Below, in pieces: positions 13,825 to 24,858 of a stretch of 64,000 nucleotides of DNA. How positions within the stretch are numbered: the first letter of the stretch is position 1; each line of letters opens with the position of its first letter. This stretch comes from Polymyxa betae A26-41 (lineage: Eukaryota > Protista > Endomyxa: Phytomyxea): contig RBZT01000564.1 of assembly GCA_003693705.1 (NCBI GenBank), forward strand, positions 1 through 64,000, read 5' to 3'. Made by a program: the position numbers and the translations under genes. Under the pieces are notes generated by a model. It was given only the letters and a program-made list of their open reading frames with translations. It ran no database searches and was not told the DNA's origin.

Positions 13825-14691
13825 GGCGCTGTGATCATTGCTGTTATATATTGATTTGGTATAAGATACGAGGACGCGCATAGCGTCGTAGAGCTAGTAA
13901 ATAAATCCATGATATTAATCTGGAAGTGCCATTTTGTTCCTTAAACGCACTAATATCTCAAAGAGCATAGAAGTTTAATGTAGATTGGTATATCCTTCAA
14001 AGCTTGCATATGCAAATATCTAGAATCTGGGATCGTGTTTATCTCGATGACAAGGAGCGATTGAGAAGTCAAATGTCAGCATAATCGCTATTGACAGAAC
14101 CAATCGGGTTCAGTCTAGTGTATGAGATTGTGAGTTTTCGTCGCGATGATATTGTATAGTAAACGCAGGACTGACTTCGCAGTCTCCCCTGTGAACTTAA
14201 ACTCTCTGACTAAAGAGACTGAAGTCAGAAGAACAGCAAGAGCAGACAATCGTCATAAGCACAGCGAATATGCCAAGCAGCCAGGGCAGGTAATCGATGG
14301 TGCCGTTATCATAACAATAGGACCACATTGTCTCGTTCCCGAAGACGATAACGCTGTCGACGGTCAACTTACCACAAAACTATCCGGGTGGCAGATCTCG
14401 ATACAGCGCTGCGATGGGATCTGGCTATTGGAACCATGGCACCAATGACTGGCCGTCCAAGGAAATGCCATTCCAGGACTCGATCAATCATACAAGGACA
14501 AGATTTGCGCAGTGGCGCAGTTTTCGCTTCCCCAATGTTGGACAGATCGACGACGGTCACCACAAGCCTGTCTCCGCTATCATTATCTCAACCCGCTTCA
14601 GATTCCCAAATCCCCATTTCCATCGCTCCTGCCAAAGTGTCGCTCGGGCAGCGTCTTGGAATCTGGGCGTGGTTGCCCGTATCGCTGCAAC

Positions 14692-17690
14692 ATGCTGGTC
14701 ATCGTCGTCCATCTCCTGCTGTTGCTCGATGCGGTTCGAGCCGCCTCCCTAAAAGAGTCGCCGAAATTTTCTCTCTATACTCTCTATCGTCAATTGAATC
14801 GCGTCCTACAGATGCGTCGCAGGCCGACTAAAATGCCGAAACGGCGGCTCGGTTATTCCCGCCCAGTGCCAGACTTATGTCTCTCCTGACGACGTCCTCC
14901 CCATGGAGTGCGATTGCCCAAATGATTTTCAAGGTTGGCACTCTGCTTAGCATTAGGGCATTGCTCATAAATTTTAGGCATTAACTGTCAGATCCCGAAG
15001 TCCACCGCCGGATGCCCAGAAGGGTACTATTTCGATGGGAATGCGCTGACCACGAAAGGCAAGCAGACGTTCGAATGCTCGATCAACCAGTATGGGAACG
15101 CGAACCAATCACGATGGTTTTCGTTCTTGTTGCCGAGAGGCGCAAACGTTACCGACGATGTCGTCCGGCTGGCAGGCCATTCGGTGCATCTCAGTTCGGA
15201 TTGGTCGCGGAAAGAGATTGAGATCTCGATCCAGTCCCGAATCGAGCGCCGATTCTTCCGCAGCAACGTCTTCAACCTGTTCCGCAAGAAGCTGGGCCCG
15301 GTCGAAGAGATCGTGCGATGCACCGGCAAGGGCTGCGTCCTGGATGGTGATACTGCCCGATGCCCGACGTTCACATGCAGTTCGACGCACAAGGACTTCC
15401 CCGGCTTCGCCCGGACGCTGGCGAAAATGAATTCGGCCACGATCCGATTTGATAGGGACACGGTCGATGTCGCCGGCTTCCTGCTCTTCGATTCTTGCAA
15501 ATTCGGGACTTGCGTGCCAGTATACCCGCCCGGGTCGAGCGCCGTCGCCGGCTCCGTTCTGGCTCCGATTTTCGCTTCTGTTCTGCTGCTAGTTCTGGTC
15601 GTGATCGTCTTCATCATGCATCGCGAAACCCTTCGGCCGCCGTCGGCGATTGTCAGCAAGAAGACAAAATACGGGACCAAGCGGCAAACGACGAATTTCA
15701 CGATTCCGATCGGGCTCGTATGGCACGATCTGAGCTACTCATTACCGGCGAAACGATCTCTATTTCGCAGGCGCTGTACACCTGGAGACACCATTCTGAA
15801 GAACGCCTCCGGGTTGGTTCGACCCGGTGAGATGGTCGCTATCATCGGCCCTTCCGGAGCCGGGAAATCCACTCTGCTGGATCTTTTAGGCGGGCTCAAC
15901 AAAAAAGTAAGACGCACTTTTTGCCAAAAATTTTTGCTGATGAAATCGCTTGCAGGGGACCCTCGTCGGCGACATCAGCCTGACCGGCGCTTATAGCAGC
16001 AAGTATCCCCGGAGCCATCTGCTTTCGTACGTGGTCCAGTCCGACCAGTTCCTTGGCATCATGACGGTCTGGGAGACGCTTTATTTCAGCGCCCTGACAC
16101 GCCTTCCGCGCATCCTTCCCGAAGCCGAGATCCTCGAACGAGTCGTCGAGACCCTTGATATGGTTGGCCTCAGGCATGTGGCGACATCAACCGTCGGGAC
16201 GCCGGAATCCGGCGGTATCAGCGGTGGAGAGCGCCGACGCCTGGCTGTTGGAGGTTCGTCTTGTTGTTAGAGCGCTTTACCATAGTGTGCTGAATCAGCT
16301 GTTAGTGGAACTGATAGCGGAACCTCGTGTGATGTTATTAGACGAGGTCACATCCGGGCTGGATTCTTACTATGCATCGTCGATATTGAGCTTGCTACGA
16401 GAGATTGCCACAAAGACCGGAATGGCGATTGTCTTGACCATCCATCAGCCTCCAGCTGCGACTTTCTCTCTCTTCGATCGCATTTTGCTGATGGCGACCG
16501 GCGGCAAAACCGTTTTTCAAGGTAGCCTTGCGATTCTTTGTGAGCGATCGAACTAAAGGTGGTCTGTAGGCGTTCCCAAAGACGCGCTCGAATTCGTGCA
16601 GAACAATCGTCTGGCGTTGACACCGTGTTTAGACGGCTGCAATCCGTTCGAATATCTTGTCTCGTCGCTGAGCAGCTCGGCGATCGACAATGCAGCTGAG
16701 GCGTACCGAAAATCAGCCGAGTTCGAGGCCATGTCGAGCGAGATCGCTTCGTTAATGGACCCTGAGGATATCGCTGGCGGCGACAAATACGAACCGCTCC
16801 ACGGTAGCGTCCAGCAACGGAAGCGGCTCACGTTCTTCCAACAGACTTCTGTCCTAACGATGCGCTCGTTCCGAGTAATTGCCCGAGATCCAGGTTTGCT
16901 CATTCTATACAATTTCCTAACGTTGGCCGTGGCATTGTTCGCCGGCTTCACGTTCATGAATCTGGATCTGAGCGTCAGCGGGATCCAGAACCGGACCGGT
17001 TATGTGTTCTGCGCGATTCTGGTCGGCGCCCTGCTCTCGATGACGTCGGTCGATTCGTTTGTGATCGATCGTATTCTGTTTGAGAAGGAAAGCCGCGCCG
17101 GTTGCTATGGTGTCTTGCCGTACTTCCTCGCCAAGCTATCCGTCGACCTGGTCCCGTTCCGGATTACGCCGGCGCTGATCTTCTCCTGCGTCACCTACTA
17201 CTGGGTGGGCTTCCAGCGCGATTTCCTGCATTTCGCCGTCTTCACATCCGTCCTGGTTCTGAGCAATGCCGTCGCCGGCGCCTCGGTCTTCGCCATATCG
17301 ACTACGTTTGCCGATGTGAAATCCGCGAATCTGATCGGGGTCACATATTTTATGTTTAATATTGTTTTCGGCGGGCCGTTGCTGTCACAAGCGCAACGTC
17401 AAAGTTCCAGTGCCGTGCTATCGTTATGCTCGTTCTTCTATTACGCTTTCGAAACAATGGTGTCCAATGAGATAATGGGGTTGCCTTTTTTTCTGAAGAT
17501 ATCCGATCTATTGCAAGACAAACGATTCAGGAATTCGGGGAAGGACACGTCGGGCGAGGAGATGCTTAGGACGCTGTCATGGAACCCGAACAATCGTCTG
17601 ATGAACGTCTACGTCCTGTGCGGGATGCTAGGCGGGCTCTATGCGGTAGCCTTAATCATTCTGAAGTTCTCACAGCGCAAGACCAGATAG
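14692..17690 (+). CDS. ABCG half-transporter with signal peptide and EGF-like ectodomain (ADP1-like), copy B
   Basis: Signal MLVIVVHLLLLLDAVRA. After the intron, CVAGRLKCRNGG..CDCPNDFQGINC. GPSGAGKST, ISGGERRR, LLDEVTSGLDS, TIHQP, then the ABC2 TM domain ending at TAG 17690. Confidence 0.9.
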
Positions 17691-18013
17691 CAAGGCGACA
17701 GACTGCCTATCCTATATAAACTTATACAATCTGTATACATATCGTGTTTTAACATTGTTTCGCCACATCATATTTTGCCCTGCCCTGGTGCGTAGATTAT
17801 CCCCCGGATTTGATAATTCAAGAATAGGAAATATTCAATGCTCTGGCTTTTCTGCAGAGATGTGTAATTCTATGGTTGGCTGCTTATGTTAAAGTGTCCC
17901 CGAAGTTTATCCATCTCTGTATTCCCGGTTACGAGGCGTTGCTGGTACAAGGGAGATTCTCCTGATAGATCTTGAAGCTGCATGCGTGTCGTCATTGTGA
18001 TGATGGGCTTGGA

Positions 18014-18774
18014 TCATTCCCAAATCGACCGAGGCCGAAGGTCGGTATATTCTGCGAAACAGCTCGGGGAATCTATGCACGGACGAACGAACCGGCGCGC
18101 GGCAATTCGGACAGGATCGCGACCCGAACGGATTCGTCAGCCACTACAGCAAAACGACATCGGATCGTTGTCAAATCACTAAAGAATGACGAAAGCGTGC
18201 TCTTACAGGTTCAAGACACATTCTGTGGAAGACGTGGCCGCACCCCAACACCTACAGTATCACGTTACCGACCATGTCATTCCCACTGATGATCTGACTG
18301 AGCTCGAGCTCACGGCGACTGAGAAACCAGTCGTCCTCTCATGCACACTCATTCTTCAGTGGATGGGGACCTCCAAAGGGTGATCCTTCATTAACCCATC
18401 TTACCTGCTGGTCATTGTTGTCGTCCTCAACCATGTCGATGCAGATCGAGCAGATCGGGGAGGCGGCATCTTTCGGTCGGCCAATGGAGGCAGGCAGGAC
18501 GATACCGCTGACCGATCCGAAACGAATCGGGCTGGGGATTATGGGGAACGGCTGGCCCATAAACTGCATCTCGTGATCATCCGATATCTCCTCATCATCC
18601 GTTGTTATCTCGTTATAGAACAACTGCAAATGGTAAGAGACGGTCATTAGTCTGTGCATCACCTACATATTCATTGTCTGGTTCTGCTGAAGTCGTCTCG
18701 GAGGGCTCGCTTGTCGTCTCCGATAATGGCTCTGACATAACCTCCCGCTTATATTCCGCTCCCAATCTATACAT
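18014..18774 (-). CDS. RING-H2 zinc-finger protein (putative E3 ligase), 4 exons; start uncertain
   Basis: Splicing gives CSICIDMVEDDNNDQQ|VLGCGHVFHRMCLEP|WLTNPFGSRSCPNCRAPV, a complete C3H2C3 RING. All introns are GT-AG. The N-terminus is acidic. Confidence 0.85.
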
Positions 18775-19158
18775 TATTTCTGAGTGGAAGAGTACTGGGC
18801 AGAGCAATCGCCTACTTAGATTGAGATCAAGATTTTGTTTCCGCAGCCAACGTCCTGCATACTGGAATTAACAGTGTCAATCTCGAAAGTTCTCGAATCT
18901 CACTCATCCCGCCCCATTGTTCGTGTTTCGTGCAAAAACTAGCCTTCTGTGTCCCAAATCGTGCAATCTTTTTCTCATGTATTACTTTTCTGGAAAATGT
19001 CATCTACGATAAGCCGTGTCAATCTCAAGCCCTGTGTTGCCCAAATAGTGCAAACTGTTTCTCTATGCCACATATGTGGATATTATCTCGTACGATGACC
19101 GTACCCAACTAACTCTAGAATGAACACTGCAACTTAACGTGTGGAACATTTCTAGACA

Positions 19159-22100
19159 ATGACCCGCATTCGTATTCGGTTCGGTCCTGGATCCAAAGTC
19201 TGAATTCACTATGTTATGTTTCTGGCTACTAAACATTGTTCCAGAAAGAGGAAATAAAAAATAAAACTGCAGCCGGTGTATCGCTCATTCGCGATTCTGG
19301 ACATAGAAAAGGCGGCCGTCTAGCAGATGTGATTTCTCGCCATCTTCACGGGAATAAAGCTGAAGATGACTTTAACGACACTCCTCGCTCGCGCCTTCAT
19401 CAACAAATTCAGTTTTTGAGGTCGCTCATAGTCCGAATTCTTTTCTGTCTCGATCATGTTGGCCTCGATCGGGTTAAAGAAGAGTTTGAGTGCCATCCCA
19501 ATCAAGAATTGTCCATAGTTCAGGTTGGCAAATTTACGATGGTTTGATATTTTTTCTAACGATCTAGGAAGTTTGTCAGTTTGATGGTTCGAATCACATG
19601 TGAATCCGACAATCAGTTGCTCTCTTCTGAGGTCGACGAAAATGATATCGCTCAGGCGTTAGCGGAACTGTTCGACACCATGGATTTGAATGGTTCGACC
19701 TCAATTCGGTTTCAGTCACTAGAATACATCGTGAGACATGGGTTTCCAGGGAATAATACCATCGAATTCGCCGAATTTCTGGAGACTTGTATTCATTGGG
19801 GATTGTCATCCGGAGGCGGGATTGAGTCGCTCCAGATCTTGGACGATCCAATACCACCGTTTTTTTCTGGCCCTCATTCCCGAATTGATCCTCGAGCGAC
19901 AAAAAAGTTTCTCATTTATCTTGACATTCTGGACAAGGTGCTGATTTTCGAACCAATTGCAAGAAAACTGTTGATCATGGTATGATCAATATCCATCTTA
20001 AATGTCGCTATAAAGCGTTTAACTTGTTAGCTTGCTGGAATAGGATCCCGATTATTTGAAGGTGACGCGAACTATGATAATCGGCGAGAAGACTGCAACC
20101 GCTGTGGACTATATCCATGGAGATTCTGAAGGAATAGCTCATCGCTTAACTGCTGTTGCTTTCTTACGACAAATTGTCTTGTATGAGGGACTGCTAGCTG
20201 GAAGGTAGTCTACTGCCGACGGCGGAATGTCTCTTTTGTTATCTAACCGAAGTCGGCTTGCAGATTTTCTGAACATCGCCGCATTCCTATCCGAGTAAAG
20301 CTGTCGTGCTTGCGATGGATGCAACATGCAAATCTGTTGCTCGGTGGAGGATGCAATGGAAGTCTATTTGCTTGGGATCTCGAAGGTCGCCTGGTTCAAG
20401 TCATCAAAGGCCATCGCGGCGGCATATTATCAATGATCATCGTTCCAAGGTCCCATAAGGTTACACTCATTTAAGTTTCATTTTGTCCTTCATCGACCTT
20501 TGAGTGTCGGAAACTCAGTGGACTGAATTTTAGGTTCTCACGGGAAGTACCGACCGAACAATACGCCTGCGAGATTTACAGTTCATTGGTCGTACTGAGA
20601 AGTTCACCTACACGGGCCATACTGGGGCGGTTACTTGCCTAGCGCTGAATAACGATCGAACTGAGTTCGTCAGTGGATCGAGCACTGGAGAGCTATTCGT
20701 CTGGAATTTGATCGATTCTCATGTTCTACACACGTAATCCTGTCTTGGGGGTCATGATTTCGATATTAATTTCGGAACAGAATTTCAGGTCATTCCCGCT
20801 CTATCGCATTTGCCGCCTTTGTAAACAATTCGCCGGAATTTATCACAGCAGATGAGACAGGTTGGACGAAAAATCATTTCGGGACGAGATTGTTCATTTT
20901 CGTAGGGCATTATCGTATTTGGGACAGTCGATTGGCGTTCTCCAATGTGGAAACAATTCAAGTGGGATCTATGGGCTTTAACCATAGTGGGTCCACAATA
21001 TGCACCAAACGCGACACAAGAATCATCATGCCATCTGACTTCGGTAAGGTCGTTGAGAGTTGAGTTTTTATCTTGTGCGACCAGTTGGTTTAGAGCTACA
21101 CACTTTGATGTTAGACCCGTTATCAAAAATTCATTTCTGTTGAAGATGTCTTCAGCTGGGATCAGCCAACGCAGCGAAATGAAAGGCGGCGCAAGCGAGG
21201 AATCACCTATCATATGAAAGAAACCCTGATCTTCGGTGAATATCTAGAGTCGCCATGCCTGTTTGTTACAGCCACGAATCGCACCAGTAGGCTTCCATTC
21301 TCTATTAAATGTATAACCTTTCGCTTACTTAATGTCCTAGTCCGGTTTTGGAACGCCTTAACTGGGTGCCTTAAAGAGCAATATGATAATATTATGGACG
21401 ATTCTGATATTGCGGCTATTTGCTTCGACGTAACCTCAAGAAAAATGATCATTGGAGACCACCGCGGACGAATACACATTTTTAATGCCATGTCTGGTGC
21501 GGGTGCCTCAGAAATTGTCTTACGATGATTTGATCAATTGGCTTTCAATAGGTGGACTTATGAAGCGACTCATTCCTCACCACAGTGAAATCTTGAGTCT
21601 CAAATATGTAGTCACTCAAACGTACGTTTTTCCACCACGAACTATTTTGTTTTTTTAATTTCAAGGCAGAGATCGTCTTGTGATCTCTTTAAGCAGAGAT
21701 GGCCACCTACGTTCATATGACGAAGCGCCCATTCAAAGTTGTCCAGTTCGGCTTGATTTTCGCCTGGACGCCATCGGATTCCATGAGGCGACCGTGCTGT
21801 CGGCATCATCGATACTGGCAATGGTATTTATAGCAATTTCTGTTATTCAGTAGTGACTGTTCAGTAGGCAGCTGTCGGAGACCAGGTTGGCCGTGTATCT
21901 GTTTGGAACCTGTTGACTAACCGTATATCAGATACCTTTCTTGGAGCAGGTACGCTTAGTCTGGCAAAGAGGTATTGCGGCAATTCAGCTGTGTTATAGG
22001 CTCCGTTTCTGCTTTAGAATTCATTGGAAGCTACCCTCTTCTAGCGGTTGCCAATGGGACGCCTGTGATCTCGCTCTATGGACTGGAACCATTGGTCCAA

Positions 22101-23451
22101 CATGGCAGCTGTTTGTTAACCATCGACAACTTGGCAGCGGATATCTTGACAGCGGTTTTCGTGAATGATCATCATCTATTGTATGTAACTGATGCTGCTG
22201 GATTTATCAGCGGGTTTGATATAAGCGTGCTGATGGATCAATATCGAATCCATTCTGTCACAAGATACGATCAAACTGGGTTTGCCAAGCGCTTTCTCGC
22301 TGAAACATGGCTGAAAATGAGCAATAGTTCCGAGATTGTGGAAAAGACGGATCGCAAGCGCACTGCCCGGATAATGACAATTAAGCAGTTAATCAACCGA
22401 GCTCAGACAACTGCTGTTCACGGTGTACCCAGAACTGTATGTACGTTCTCGATTGATGATACATTCTTATTGTGCCTCTCACAACAGGTAAAATTTCAAG
22501 CAGATTCAAATGCTATCACCAGTATTGGGGTAGTATCAGACCCTCATTCTTTGTTTGTGTTGTCGTTTGGCCCGCATCTAACAATCTGGGCCATGAATGG
22601 CAATCGTCTCGGAACTCTAGGGACTTTAGACATATGTCGCCGATCCAAACAGCGACATGATTGGAAATTTCAGGTAAGGTGCAAAAGTGACAAATTTGAA
22701 TTACTCAGTTATATGTATTCAATGACTTATGCAGTCATGCTTCTTGTCGTTAAAATCGCATTTTATCTTTTCAGGTGAATACCGGAAAGAGATTACACCG
22801 GGCTGATGCTGTTGCTCGCGAAGTTCTGCAGTCTGTAGTCATTCAACAGCAATCGCAGGCCGCATCACCTGGTAACAAACCGACTTTTTGTAGCATCTAA
22901 CTGCAATTATTGACGAAGACACTTCGTAGACTTGTACCGAGACAGGGACCGAATTGAAGACAACCTGCATTGGCGAACATTTATTACTCAGCGCTCGAGA
23001 TCGGATACCAACATAAACGCATCCAATTACGGTACATCAAGCCAACCGTTTCCCAGGGTAAACGCGGCTGCCATACCAGTTTGCTTTCTGATGAAATGTG
23101 CAGTCTAATGGCGCAGGCTTTTTGAAAGCATCCATATTCCACAAAGACGGCGAAGCTTTAACACTAGAACAGCGTCAAGAGGTCCGAAAGAGGAGGAAGA
23201 ACGCCGGGATCGATGCAGGAATGTTCAGTCAAGAGTGGAGAAAAATGTCGATAGGTTCAGGAGTGTGGCGTCAAGCATCACTAGATCGGCATGAATGGAG
23301 AAAGACGTCGCTGGACCACCACACAGATAGCAAGTCGGCCAGCAGGAGATCGAGCTTATCCACATCAAGATCAGAGATTCAACTACTGAATCCTGATAGG
23401 GCTAGAGGAGGAACCCTAGGGTTATCGCTCTCAAGAGCAGCGTTAAACTGA
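19159..23451 (+). CDS. EF-hand plus WD40-repeat protein (WDR49/WDR64/EFCAB8-like, possibly flagellar), many exons; start uncertain
   Basis: EF-hand LAELFDTMDLNG|NNTIEFAEFLE. WD motifs GSLFAWD, TGSTDRTIRL, YTGHTGAVTCLA..FVSGSSTGELFVWN, VRFWNALTG, IIGDHRGRIHIFN. Confidence 0.75.
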
Positions 23452-23563
23452 TCAAGCAAAATGTGCAATGGCCGGACAATAGCCATTACCAATGGAATTG
23501 CATGTTCAGTTATGTTTTGTCGTGCTGAGATTCCAACAAGAAAGCAAGTGACCAGTTTCTGTG

Positions 23564-24363
23564 CTATCTTACCCATTTAATATATACAATGACGAAAATA
23601 ATGCCGACCAGAACGGCCGCGACTGATTTCCAAGCACGACTGAGCCATTCCTGAATCTGCTCGATCTGAGTGGTATAATGACGATTGACATCAATTTTCG
23701 ATCGTACAGCAGCATTCTGTAAAATCTTAAAAAAACGCTTTAAAGCAGGGCTCTAAGCATTGCACCTTTTGCTGCGCGTCAAGAATCGCTTCTCTCTGCT
23801 GGTGTAGGCTCGAAACCAGAGCTTCCGAGAGATCGATATTAACCATAGTGTTCTGCGATGCTCGAAGCAAAGATTCGTTCTCATTGACTTCGTCTGGTCC
23901 AAACTCAATTACGAAGCTCGACAGAAAAGCAGAGATTTCCCAACCGACCCTGGGCACGATTGATGATTTTTTCACAATAATCGCTGGCATCGCGCAAGCT
24001 GGCCCATAAACGATCCAACTCCAGACGGCTCTGGTTAATCGTATCCACCATTTCTTTATCGGATTCAAAATGCTCGCGTTCTGCTTCCAGCCTCTGAAAC
24101 TGGACCCAACGTCAACCGGTGACCTCACACAAAGAAAAAAATCTACCAATTGCTCGGTATCTTTGAATAAAATATGGATCTGATCCAGAGCTGTTTGCCG
24201 TTCTTCAACTAAGACGAAGATTAGCATCAAGGAGAGAAGTCATCAGGTTCAGAGACGAACCATTCAGGGTGTTCTGAGCCTGTTCGAGGCGGGCCTCCAG
24301 GAAAGGTAGCGTCTGCTGTACGTCCTGATGCAGGGCGTCGGCGACATACCTTGGGAAGGTCAT
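23564..24363 (-). CDS. Qb-type SNARE (Vti1/membrin-like) with C-terminal TM anchor
   Basis: The spliced product has a helical N-domain, a SNARE heptad (SEALVSSLHQQREAILDAQQK..) and the tail AWKSVAAVLVGIIFVIVYIKWVR*. Confidence 0.7.
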
Positions 24364-24858
24364 GGCCGGGCCGATCCGGAAAAAATTAATACCGAAATGG
24401 TGATGACCGCTGATCGATTGCTTGATCACCATAAAACAAGTCGCGCAATGCCTGTTCCTCCGAAAGCATCGAATTCTGCCATCAAATCTTATAATGAGTG
24501 GGCTTTTCGGGCCACATTTTTATCAGCAAATAACTATATAAATGCGATGTTTATGGAGCGAGCGCAGATTGGGCTGATGGGGTGAGTTTATAGCGACCCC
24601 ACCAGCCCTCGACCTACTAATGTTGTCATTGGGACGATTCCATGACAGGGGTGGATTGGGCTGATGGGGTGCTCTGTTGGCGTCCCCATTGTGTGGACGC
24701 AGCCTCTTGGCCTCATTGTGGCTATTGTTGAGAGACCCGTCCCCATGGTCATTCAGAATTCGCATCTGTGACTATCACGATGACATCTCTGTCCTACTGA
24801 AGCTGCTGAGACCAGCCTTCCTGTCTTTGTCGTCTCAGATCTGCATCTGTTGCCAGCC

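Noticed and set aside
14196-14560. Stop-codon (TAG) reassignment
   Set aside because: Conserved genes show no in-frame TAG, and several genes end in TAG (10143, 17690, 30734).
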